A stretch of DNA of 35,847 nt from Octopus bimaculoides (taxonomy: Eukaryota): positions 5,936,389 to 5,972,235 of the forward strand of contig NC_068982.1 in the NCBI RefSeq assembly GCF_001194135.2, written 5' to 3'. Under the pieces are notes generated by a model, which saw nothing but the letters and a program-made list of their open reading frames with translations, did no database searches and was not told where the DNA came from. The translations under genes were made by a program, and so were the position numbers. This document shows, piece after piece, positions 22,302 through 32,595 of the stretch; position 1 is the stretch's first letter; each line of letters starts with the position of its first letter.

Positions 22302-23391
22302 GTTTTATAATTTGGATTACGGCCAAAGTATTCTACACTAAATGGTTAAGGTCTTTCGTTTCCTACGTTTGATCTTTCTCAGAATTACCGGATAGCGTGA
22401 CGTTAAGTGGACGAATAATAATTCTACTCTTGGATAAGATGCAGGTCTCACGCACTAGCTTTTTGGCGCCAACGAATTGGACTTAACGCTGCAAGAAAAC
22501 CTGCTACAATGCAATCATTATAATAGGAGTGAATTCTACGATCAGAGCATGTTAGCAATGTTGATTTGTATATGGAATATGAACCACCGTTCACATGATT
22601 AGCTTCCAAGAACCTCCTTGCACAGCTCTATGCAGTTTTGAAAGATTTGCCAGGTGACTCTACACAGATTATAAGGTAGGTGTGGTTTGAGTGCTTCAGC
22701 TAACTATGCTAATCTATTCAACCAAATCTCTTAATGGGTTCAAAATTAATTTCAATGCCTATCTCATTCTGAAGGATCTCATTCTGAATGTGTGTGTGTG
22801 AGTGTGTGCACGAAGCGTGTATGTGCGTGCGAGAGTACGCGTGTGTGCATTTAAGAAATAAAACTGTGACATAGAAATAAGAAGAGACAAGGACACCAAA
22901 TGTTAAGAAAAAAAAAATATATATTGGTCATGTCTCGATGACGTTTATTCCCGTTATACCCAATTATAATGGTAATTCACTTCTAATGTCCTCTAGTATG
23001 AATTTATTTCCTGTCTCATCCTAATGTGGATTCGCTTCCTTATAAAACTCCGTTATTTTTACGCAAAGCATTTGACATTTAACCTTGACAAACTAATTGC
23101 TATCAAGAATGTCCACCAACCTGAAATATTTACAAGTATGGTTTCAAATCGTTGGCTTCAGTCTAATGTGGGTTTGTTCTACTTCTTTTCGAATCCCATT
23201 GTTACGAGTCTTCCTATTCGAAGACAAAATTTTTTAAGCGGAATGTACACAAGCAATGTGCTGTGCGTAATATACTGTATTTTCAAATTCAATATCTCTC
23301 ACAAAATCCATATTGAAATTCTATAACAGCAATTGCGTTGGTAACGCAATTCAAAAATATATAAACATCACTTAACCTACTTTATGAACAT

Positions 23392-23583
23392 CGCGGGAGT
23401 GGCTGTGTGGCGAGTAGCTTGCTTACCAACCACATGGTTCTGGGTTCAGTCCCACTGCGTGGCACCTTGGGCAAGTGTCTTCTACTATAGCCTCGGGCCG
23501 ACCAAAGCCTTGTGAGTGGATTTGGCAGACGGAAACTGAAAGAAGCCCGTCATATATATGTATATATATATATATATATATAT
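23392..23583 (+). mobile_element. SINE-C 5' half, runs into gap at its internal (AT)n
   Basis: Aligns to 14115-14290. Confidence 0.9.
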
Positions 23584-24298
23584 NNNNNNNNNNNNNNNNN
23601 NNNNNNNNNNNNNNNNNNNNNNNNNNNNNNNNNNNNNNNNNNNNNNNNNNNNNNNNNNNNNNNNNNNNNNNNNNNNNNNNNNNNNNNNNNNNNNNNNNNN
23701 NNNNNNNNNNNNNNNNNNNNNNNNNNNNNNNNNNNNNNNNNNNNNNNNNNNNNNNNNNNNNNNNNNNNNNNNNNNNNNNNNNNNNNNNNNNNNNNNNNNN
23801 NNNNNNNNNNNNNNNNNNNNNNNNNNNNNNNNNNNNNNNNNNNNNNNNNNNNNNNNNNNNNNNNNNNNNNNNNNNNNNNNNNNNNNNNNNNNNNNNNNNN
23901 NNNNNNNNNNNNNNNNNNNNNNNNNNNNNNNNNNNNNNNNNNNNNNNNNNNNNNNNNNNNNNNNNNNNNNNNNNNNNNNNNNNNGACATTCGGTCGAGGA
24001 GCTTATAAGTTTTAATGTAAACAGTTCGCTACTTAAACACGCTGAAACGTTTTAACTGGTTCCTTTCAGACTTTGTGTATCAAATACAAATTCCACTCTG
24101 CTGGTGGCAATAATTCTTAAGATATCTCTTTCACTTTTTACATACTATAAACTGTTCTGTTCTATTTCTTCAGGTAAAGTAGGCGTAGAGTTTTGCGTTA
24201 CTAGAAGTATTAGCCTTCGGATATACCTGCTCTGTAGACTCGTAAAGTTCCCTTGGAGGCAATTTTTAGATTGTGCATTAAATAAGTAAATTAAACGA

Positions 24299-24700
24299 GA
24301 GGCGAAGGCGGAGCTGTGGGGTAAGAAACTTGCTTCCAAACTAAATGGTACCGAGTTCAGTCTCACATGGTTCCGGGTTAAGTCCCACTGCGTGGCACCT
24401 TGGGCAAGTGTCTTCTACTATAGCCTCGAGCTGACCAAAGCCTTGTGTGTGGATTTGGTAGACGGAAACTGAAAGAAGCCTGTATGTATGTGTTTATATA
24501 TGTTTGTGTTCCCCCCCCTAACATCGCTTGACAAGCGATGCTGGTATGTTTACGTCCTCATAACCTCGTGGCTCGGCAAAAGAGGCCGATAGAATAAGTA
24601 CTAGGCTTACAAAGAATAAGTCCGGGGGTCGATTTGCTCGACTAAAGGCGGTGCTCCAGCATGGCCGCAGTCAAAATGACTGAAACAAGTAAAAGAATAA
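24299..24700 (+). mobile_element. SINE-C, full length, short duplication in head
   Basis: Head, CORE-like motif, short microsatellite and 3' tail ending GAAACAAGTAAAAGAATAAAA. Confidence 0.9.
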
Positions 24701-24812
24701 AATTAAGAATTTATACGCTTTTAATACATAATAAACAAGATAAACATAACTAGAAGTAAGTTTTTTAAAATACTGTTCGATTTCACTGAAATAGTTCATT
24801 CTGGGGCACCAT

Positions 24813-25045
24813 GTATATTTGTGTGCGTGTGTGTGTGTGTGTGTGTCTTTGTGTCCGTGTTTGTCTCTCACTACCGCTTGACAACCAGTGTTGATGTGTT
24901 TACATTCCCGTAAATTGCGGTTCGGCAAAAGCGACCGATAGAACATTACCAAGCTTTAAAAAGTACTGGGATCGATTCATTCGACTAAATATTCTTCAAT
25001 GTGGTGCCCAAGCATGGCCGCAGTCTAATGACTGAAACAAACAAA
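24813..25045 (+). mobile_element. SINE-C 3' half (variant subfamily as at 2088)
   Basis: Shares the ATTCTTCAA.GTGGTGCCCCAGCATGG variant with 2240-2270. Confidence 0.82.
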
Positions 25046-25479
25046 GTTTTATAAAGCTGTATCGTAAAATTACTCATAATTGTCCAGGAAACAAACGTGA
25101 AAAACCCCAGCAACATATCAATTACTAGCTTTCATACTTCTTTGAGTTGGCTTCAATACCCTGTAAAAGCTGTTTTGCATGTGTTTGTAGATTCAACAAA
25201 AGTCCATTTTTCTTGTGTATGTAGATACTATAAAAATTACGCACACTTTTCCTCTGCAAGCGATTGTATATTTTAAACAAGACTTGTGTAAAGTATCGCA
25301 GCAATAAATATGGAAAGAAATAAAGCCTGGAAACGAATGGACACGAATCACATCTCTGTGAACGGCAAATTTTTGAGAATCCCCAGTGTTGAAATAAAGC
25401 GAATCTTTTACTGGTTTTAGTCATTAGAAAGCAGCCATGCTCAGGCACTGACTTGAAGAATTTCTTTTGTCGAATGAAT

Positions 25480-25590
25480 CAATCCCAGCTGTTATCATTC
25501 TAAAGCCTGGTACCTATTCTATCGGTTTCTTTTGCCGAACCGCTATTTACGGGTTGAGGGACAAACACACACATACACATAAACAAAGCC
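25480..25590 (-). mobile_element. SINE-C 3' fragment
   Basis: AAGCCTGGTACCTATTCTATCGGTTTCTTTTGCCGAACCGCTA...GGGACAAACACAC. Confidence 0.7.
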
Positions 25591-25868
25591 TGAAAGACTG
25601 CTTTAAGATACGTGGTGTTTTTATAAATATGCCTGTTCAAGTATCATAACAGCATGAAACTGTCAGTTGCTCTTTCGGTTGTGTATTTAATTTGATCTAT
25701 ATATGATGGAGAAATTATACAAAATGTATAAATATGTGATGAGTAAAGCACCGGCACAGTTTCGATTATTAGTTGATATCCGTAGATTTATTGCAGGAAT
25801 TTCGTAGTGGCACTTGGGGTAACAGTATTAATAAAATAGGAGATGGAATCAATAAAATATTTTATTAG

Positions 25869-25910
25869 GTACGACACATATTTCGACCCGTTCTGAGTCT
25901 CTTCGGGTAC
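25869..25910 (-). ncRNA. Type I hammerhead-like motif, U4>C degenerate
   Basis: Minus strand GTAC-CCGAAGA-GACTC-AGAAC-GGGTC-GAAA-TATGTG-TC-GTAC: helix I GTAC/GTAC, 5-bp helix II, near-palindromic helix III, GUC triplet, AATAAA immediately downstream. Confidence 0.5.
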
Positions 25911-26427
25911 ATCAATCAATAAAAAAAATAGTCTTACTAGAGATTTTCTGATTCGGTTTTACGTACCGCTATATGCCCATTAACTTCGAGAATGAGTAAA
26001 AAACAGAGAAAAATTGAAACGTAAACAATTCAAATATGAAAGTGAAAATTATACATTCTAGTTTAGAGAAAATGACGTAATGAGCCTTCGCTGTTATAAC
26101 TGTTAGGAGAAAGAAAAGGAAGTAGAAGTTGAAAGGAAGATAATACTTAGACGAAAATTTTTTACGTTCTTGCTTAGACGCACATAGACATACACAGATA
26201 CATATATATATATACGCGCTCACACACGTACATCATATATATATANNNNNNNNNNNNNNNNNNNNNNNNNNNNNNNNNNNNNNNNNNNNNNNNNNNNNNN
26301 NNNNNNNNNNNNNNNNNNNNNNNNNNNNNNNNNNNNNNNNNNNNNNNNNNNNNNNNNNNNNNNNNNNNNNNNNNNNNNNNNNNNNNNNNNNNNNNNNNNN
26401 NNNNNNNNNNNNNNNNNNNGTTTTATA

Positions 26428-26466
<39 letters not shown>

Positions 26467-26582
26467 CAAGAACAGGATAAAATCTTTATAAGAATTTATC
26501 AAGTAGTTAGCGTGAAAAAACTTCATAAGGGAATAATCCATCATTTATTCCCGACGTTAAGCGATGATGATGATTCTTAACC

Positions 26583-27400
26583 ATGACATGCCATGTCGAT
26601 TATCAGGCATGTTTTGTCTTTTCTGTTCACCACAACAACGTCAGGTTTCCGATGTCTAATCTCATGGTCACACTGAATCATCGCATCTCACAGGAAGTTC
26701 CAGTTTTCATTCTCGGAAACTCCCTCAAGAAGTTGGTCATACCACGCTTTTGATCTTTCTAGGCCATAATATCAACAGAGCACCCAATTGAACAATCTTA
26801 TCACATTGTCATGTTGTCTTTTGTATTCGCGTTGTACCAATTTCGGGCGTTCACTATCAATGCGCCATACTGTTTTACCTATCTCATCACACATTCTGCA
26901 TTTGTCTTTCTTAGTTGTGTTATCAGTTCTGCACTTCACAAAGTTTGTCATCAATGCCTGATCTTGTGCCGCGCATATAAGTGCTTCTGTTTCTATCTTC
27001 AGATCACTCCTCTGCTTCCATAACCACTGACCTTCTGCATCTGTCTTGGAGCTCGCATCTCTTGCAAAGTGACCGTACATTTTTTTCTCTTTCTATGCTA
27101 TTGTTTTCAGGAAGTGTCTTTGCGACCCTATGCCTGTCACAACAAATGGCGGGAGGTGCAAGTTGTTGCACTGCTCCTAAGAGACTTCCGTTCGCTGTTG
27201 CAGAGAACTGTCACCGCTGCATGATGCTTTCCTCCCTGGCTATTTAGACTACAGAACGCCACGTTTCTAGTAACATTTCGTGATTTCGGTTGAGGATGGG
27301 TATTTTGGCTTCGTATCTGTACGATTGATGCACATGTAATTAAAGGTCCTTTTTTGGTAGACACAATTTCCTTTTCTAAGGGCGACATCATTCCACTGCC
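26583..27400 (-). mobile_element. R4/Dong-clade LINE fragment (RT thumb, CCHC knuckle, start of RLE), pseudogenised
   Basis: YGHFAR...W.W...DLKIETEALICAAQDQAL.TN..K...KCRMC...V.....KLVQREYKR.HDNV...WVLC, then GLERSKAWYD...ENE...QCDHEIRHRKPDVVVV...CLIIDMA. Different subfamily from 2846-3441. Confidence 0.88.
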
Positions 27401-27477
27401 AACAATATTGTTCCAATATTTTTTAATTACGTAAACTCCTTTTTCAAGAGAATATGAATTCCATTGGTCTGTGACCT

Positions 27478-27632
27478 AAGTGGCTGCTTGCTTCCCAACC
27501 ACATGGTTCCAAGTTCAATCCTACTGCGTGGCACCTTCGGCAAGTGTCTTCTACTATAGCCTCGGGCCGACCAAAGCCTTGTGAGTGGATTTCGAAGACG
27601 GAAACTGAAAGAAGCATGTCGTGTATATATAT
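27478..27632 (+). mobile_element. SINE-C 5' half, runs into gap at its internal (AT)n
   Basis: Aligns to 23400-23560. Confidence 0.88.
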
Positions 27633-28393
27633 NNNNNNNNNNNNNNNNNNNNNNNNNNNNNNNNNNNNNNNNNNNNNNNNNNNNNNNNNNNNNNNNNNNN
27701 NNNNNNNNNNNNNNNNNNNNNNNNNNNNNNNNNNNNNNNNNNNNNNNNNNNNNNNNNNNNNNNNNNNNNNNNNNNNNNNNNNNNNNNNNNNNNNNNNNNN
27801 NNNNNNNNNNNNNNNNNNNNNNNNNNNNNNNNNNNNNNNNNNNNNNNNNNNNNNNNNNNNNNNNNNNNNNNNNNNNNNNNNNNNNNNNNNNNNNNNNNNN
27901 NNNNNNNNNNNNNNNNNNNNNNNNNNNNNNNNNNNNNNNNNNNNNNNNNNNNNNNNNNNNNNNNNNNNNNNNNNNNNNNNNNNNNNNNNNNNNNNNNNNN
28001 NNNNNNNNNNNNNNNNNNNNNNNNNNNNNNNNNNNNNNNNNNNNNNNNNNNNNNNNNNNNNNNNNNNNNNNNNNNNNNNNNNNNNNNNNNNNNNNNNNNN
28101 NNNNNNNNNNNNNNNNNNNNNNNNNNNNNNNNNNNNNNNNNNNNNNNNNNNNNNNNNNNNNNNNNNNNNNNNNNNNNNNNNNNNNNNNNNNNNNNNNNNN
28201 NNNNNNNNNNNNNNNNNNNNNNNNNNNNNNNNNNNNNNNNNNNNNNNNNNNNNNNNNNNNNNNNNNNNNNNNNNNNNNNNNNNNNNNNNNNNNNNNNNNN
28301 NNNNNNNNNNNNNNNNNNNNNNNNNNNNNNNNNNNNNNNNNNNNNNNNNNNNNNNNNNNNNNNNNNNNNNNNNNNNNNNNNNNNNNNNNNNNN

Positions 28394-28590
28394 GGTGGTG
28401 GTGGTGACGGTGGTGGTGGTGGTGGTGGTGACGGTGGTAGCAGCTGTTGCTGTGTTGTTTGTTTTGTTACAGCTGCTGCTGCTTCTGCTGGTGCTGTCTT
28501 TGCTACTGTTGGTTCCGGTGTTGTCATGATTCATGTTGATGTTAGTGCTGGTGTTGCTACTGCTGCTTCTGTTGTAGTTTGTTGTTAGTG
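28394..28590. repeat. Degenerate trinucleotide tract (GGT/GTT/GCT)n
   Basis: Direct reading. Confidence 0.85.
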
Positions 28591-28801
28591 TTTTCGCATT
28601 CCTCGCTTGCTTTCGTTTGGGAGTGGCTGCCTACCTCACATACTGGTCGGCTACTGTTGCTGAAATTATCTCCGCTTCGAGAAGTTGTTATCATAACCAC
28701 CAGCTACACTTGGAAAGAGGGAGATAATCTCGCGATTAAGAATTTTCTGACATCGATAAGCCAAGGGAACGGACGGGCTTATTGTCTGGAGATGTGAATG
28801 A

Positions 28802-29402
28802 ACGTGGCTTAGTGGTTAGGGCATTCAACTCACGTGATGTGTCCTTGAGCAAGATACTTTATTTCACGTTGCTCCAGTCCACTCAGCTGGCAAAAATGAG
28901 TTGTAAATCATCGTTTAACGTCCGCTTTCCATGCTAGCATGGGTTGGACGATTTGACTGAGGACTTGCAAGCCAGAAGGCTGCACCAAGCTCCAATCTGA
29001 TCTGGCAGAGTTTCTACAGCTGGATGCCCTTCCTAACGCCAACCACTCTGAGAATGTAGTGGGTGCTTTTAAGTGCCACCGGCACGAGGGCCAGTCACAC
29101 GGTACTGGCAACGGCCACGCTCAAACAGGTGTTTTTTTATATGCCACCTGCACGGGAGCCAGTCCAGCGGCACTGGCAACGACCTCGCTCGAATGATTTT
29201 CTAACGTGCCACCACCACAAGTGCTAGAAGGTGACTCTGGGCCAGCCTTGTCACACTCTGTGTCACGCTGAATCTCCCTGAGAACTACATTAGGGGTACA
29301 TGTGTCCGTGGAATACTCAGCCACTTCCACGTTAATTTTATGAGCAAGCTGTTCCGTTGATTGTATCAGCTGGGACCCTCGTCATCGTAACCGACGGAGT
29401 GT
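28802..29402 (+). mobile_element. SINE-D (tRNA head + GTGTCCTTGAGCAAG...CAGTCCACTCAGCTGG core at 28802-28905; SINE-A-type 3' half at 29239-29402), split by an insertion
   Basis: A-box TGGCTTAGTGG with B-box region deleted; 29239-29402 aligns to SINE-A 797-960. Confidence 0.7.
28907..29236 (-). mobile_element. Retroposon 3' portion with RTE-type tail (GGTTGGCGTTAGGAAGGGCATCC...GTTAAACGATGAT)
   Basis: GAT-repeat tail; internal ~66-68 bp tandem subrepeats (GTGGCA...GTTGCCAGT.CCG..GACTGGC.C.CGTGC.G). Tail assignment is from recognition only. Confidence 0.65.
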
Positions 29403-29812
29403 TTCTAATTGTTTGGAGACAAGAGGACAGTCGTGTACATGTGTTTAACGCCCTAATAGTTTTCTTCAGCATGACAATTATCGGGGTTTATCACCAGCAG
29501 CTAAAGAACTTAGACTTATACAAAACAGTAGAAAATACTTTTGGCCAGATCTTTTTTTTTTTTTTTTTTTTTGTAGCAATATAAAACATTCATTCATTTG
29601 TAGCCACTGCAAAATTAAGAATTTTGATCTATTTTTCCATAGTGAATTTCACTTATTGTTCGTTAATCAGAGTTAAAGGATACAAAGAATTATGTTATAT
29701 TTTCACTAAAGTCGGCTTGCCGAATTTGGCCTGCAGTCGTAATTTGTCAATACCTGGTTTACTCAATCAGTCATATCCATGCCAACAAATGCAAGTCATT
29801 TTTAAGGGTCTC

Positions 29813-30036
29813 TAACCTTTATTATTTAAACTGGTCATGTCTGACCCAAATATTCTACCTGTTTTATGTTCAAACTGGCCAGATCCGGCCTCTCACACCA
29901 ACCCTACAATGTTATTCTAAAAATAAACAGTCACATCATCAAAATCCCAAAGCTACTAGATAATGCATGACTAATTCAAAACAATGTGAATAAATAAGCA
30001 TTCCATTTGAGAGAGTAACGCAAATGCTAAGGGGTT
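29813..30036. mobile_element. Possible piggyBac-type MITE, degraded
   Basis: Ends TAACCTTTATTATT / AATGCTAAGGGGTT resemble TTAA-CCCTTT... termini; imperfect. Confidence 0.4.
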
Positions 30037-30529
30037 GGACAAGTCCAGTTGTCAGGCTCTCCAATGTGTAAATGCTTTGCAAGATTTAGTTATATCGCTT
30101 TGCTTCTGAGTTCAAGTCGTACTGGGCTCGAATTTCATTATTTCGGGGTTGTTATTGTTGTTGACTAGTCTCAGGTCAGCCCTGATCCAACAAAACTATG
30201 TTCAAAGGCATCCCAGTCGTTGTCATTCCCATGTTTTTTACGATGTGTAGAAAACTCACGACTACATTATTCAATGCGCCCCTTTCTAAAATAGTGGTGC
30301 GTATAGGAATGTAGAGGCTTCCTCAAAGGATCTCCTTTGGAGGTCGTGAAAATCAATAACATCAAATACTGAAATTGATTAAATCGCTTATAGCACGTGG
30401 TTTTGGACCTAAGGAGAAAACCTTTATAATCAAAGTGCTTAGAGAAGACAGTGAATTAGTAGAATGGTTACAAAATCAGGAAATGCCTTATGATATTTCT
30501 TCCGTCTCTCTACTTTCTGAATTCAAATT

Positions 30530-30945
30530 CCGTCAAGGTTTTGAAGAATGGGTTTTGGTAGTTTGTAATTCTAGCCTGTGTTCTTCGTTAGGATTTTCTT
30601 GATGGCATTTAAATGCTTTGCACATTCTTTCTTGGTGTAATAATTCTTGGTTCAGCTGATGCTCGTTTCATTGAACGGTACTTCTTTGGTGGAATCATTT
30701 TTTTCTTTGTGATGAAGTGTTCGTTTAGGTCGGTTATTGACTCCGAACGATTTTGTAGAGCAGCAAATCGGTTCTCTACCAGGACACTGTACATTTGCTG
30801 CATATCTGTATCCTTTTTCAGAATATACCAATCCTATGCTTGCTTTTGTTTGGTGTTATACGCGTACGAAAACTGAGTTTGATAAATCCTGATAAAATTC
30901 TGTGGTGAAACGGATTAGATGACTGCTATTTAAGGATGGTCCTAA
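30530..30945 (-). mobile_element. RTE-clade LINE fragment (endonuclease-RT linker)
   Basis: HHRILSGFIKLSFR...DWYILKKDTDMQQMYSVLVENRFAALQN...IPPKK, similar to SDHRIV.A.IKLSLR...YDW..L...Y.V.V.NRF.AL. Confidence 0.65.
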
Positions 30946-31130
30946 ATGTGAAATAACAGCAACAAATGACAAACGAATACCTTTATGGAGACCTACCAAA
31001 AGTTAGCAAGAACAGGCGAAGAGAAGATTAGGCTTCGACTATCTGGTCACTGCGTGCGCCACCCTACACTGGGGTCATCCAAATTAGTCTTGTGGAACCT
31101 ACTACATAGTGATGTAAGAAGAGGTAAACG

Positions 31131-31258
31131 TTTTATTTACATTATTTACATTTGACGAATATTTTATCCACTACGCCATATGCCCACAGGCATATGGAGT
31201 AGTGGTTAAGAGCGCGGGCTACTAACCCCAAGATTCCGAGTTCGATTCCAGGCAGTAA

Positions 31259-31326
<68 letters not shown>

Positions 31327-31769
31327 NNNNNNNNNNNNNNNNNNNNNNNNNNNNNNNNNNNNNNNNNNNNNNNNNNNNNNNNNNNNNNNNNNNNNNNNNN
31401 NNNNNNNNNNNNNNNNNNNNNNNNNNNNNNNNNNNNNNNNNNNNNNNNNNNNNNNNNNNNNNNNNNNNNNNNNNNNNNNNNNNNNNNNNNNNNNNNNNNN
31501 NNNNNNNNNNNNNNNNNNNNNNNNNNNNNNNNNNNNNNNNNNNNNNNNCAAAACAAAAGTCAAACATAAAATAATAATAGCAACAACAACACCATCGAAA
31601 AATACCTTATGAATGAGAACCCAGGTTCGAAATTTCCCCAAGACACCTGATGAAGGCTGGAGGGTACATCAACCGAAACGTTGTGTTAACAACAAACAAG
31701 ATAAGGACAAATATCCGTCAAATATAAATAATGTATATAATTCCTCATCTCTTAAATATAGAACTGTAT
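31131..31769 (+). mobile_element. SINE-H composite insertion: inverted tail+head chimera (31131-31185) then full SINE-H (31189-31769)
   Basis: Perfect 10-bp TSD GAGGTAAACG at 31121-31130 and 31770-31779; A/B boxes at 31195-31250; (AAT)n containing gap 31327-31548; HHR at 31642-31687. Confidence 0.88.
31642..31687 (+). ncRNA. Type I hammerhead ribozyme motif
   Basis: GACAC-CTGATGA-A-GGCTG-GAGGGTACAT-CAACC-GAAA-CG-TT-GTGTT; intact core; perfect helix I with one G-U pair; one helix II mismatch. Confidence 0.78.
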
Positions 31770-31989
31770 GAGGTAAACGCTGTCATACTTACATCGACAA
31801 CTTGATTGCAGACACTGGCCTAAAGCGTATCCAGGACATCGAAGCTGTGATAATGGACTGAGAAGTGTAGCAGGTGGACTTTGTTGCTGCGGTCCGTGTT
31901 GGAACCGGCCATGATAATAAATACTTGGCAGATTCGGTAGAACCGTGAACAAATGTCTTACAGTATTTATTTATCCCTAGACATGGTTT

Positions 31990-32115
31990 CAAATTACATC
32001 GAGGTCTGTTTGCTTTTTATCATCCTGGGGGTCGATAAATTTGCAACAATTCCGTACTAGTTCGATAGCATCGACCATGTCCATTTCCCAATATGTGCCT
32101 TATGCCTATGTTAGA
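31990..32115 (+). mobile_element. Degenerate SINE-B fragment
   Basis: TTTCAAATT..ATCGAGGTC..TTTGCTTTT.ATCATCC.GGGGGTCGATAAATT...TCGAT..ATCGAC. Confidence 0.6.
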
Positions 32116-32129
32116 AATCGATATCAAAA

Positions 32130-32595
32130 TATATTGGACAAGGATATACAAACATGAAAAGAGATTTAAAGAAGAATGTTGTGATCAACGAGAAACTGAA
32201 TCTCAACGACCTTCTTGTGTGCGCAGTTTGCGACAGACTGGGCCTTTCTTTTGCTGGGCTCAAATCTCATTTGCGGACCCATGAAAAACGAATTTCCACC
32301 AACTATTCTGCCTATATATCTGTGCACACATGTCAATGCCGCGTATGCCATAAGGTTTGTAAATCTAACGGAGGTTTCAAAAAGACATTTTAAAATCCAC
32401 AAAATTTAGAACTTAACTGCAGCTCTTGATGGTCCAAATCAGATATGCATTCTATGTGGGTGTCTGGTTTAAAAAGCCACGTCAGTTGCCATGATAGATC
32501 TGAGGTGCAAGTAAAAGAGGTGGTCAGACTCTGCATAAGGAGTAGTCAACCACCATACATACATACATACATACATACATACATACATACATACG
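32130..32595 (+). mobile_element. LINE 3' end (RTE-like) encoding two C2H2 zinc fingers, 3' hairpin and (CATA)n tail
   Basis: CAVCDRLGLSFAGLKSHLRTH and, with a frameshift, CRVCHKVCKSNGGFKRHFKIH; 3' UTR GTGGT...ACCAC stem directly before (CATA)n at about 32553-32595. Confidence 0.65.

Larger units (their letters stand above)
30966..31920 (+). mobile_element. RTE-clade LINE C-terminal fragment, interrupted by the SINE-H insertion (31131-31769)
   Basis: MTNEYLYGDLPKVS..EKIRLRLSGHCVRHP..SSKLVLW...VRRGKR (30966-31130) continues after the insertion as CHTYIDNLIADTGL...IMD (31780 onward). Confidence 0.8.

Noticed and set aside
23331-23351. Perfect 9-bp hairpin AATTGCGTT-GGT-AACGCAATT
   Set aside because: No CTRR end (Helitron) or other context; plausible by chance.
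25150-25340. Minus-strand Cys-rich frame (YCCDTLHKSCLKYTIACRGKVC) after a CAG acceptor
   Set aside because: No recognisable cysteine framework, no partner exon, opposite strand to the other exon candidate.
28394-28590. Pro/Thr/Ala/Gln-rich mucin-like reading frames
   Set aside because: Degenerate trinucleotide repeat beside a gap; open in several frames on both strands.
4016-31641. Long ORF-track entries (up to 372 aa) containing X runs
   Set aside because: They read through N gaps and flanking microsatellites; no coding evidence.
32154-32393. Host C2H2 zinc-finger gene
   Set aside because: Frameshifted, lacks TGEKP linkers, and ends in a retroposon-type hairpin and (CATA)n tail; treated as a LINE end.
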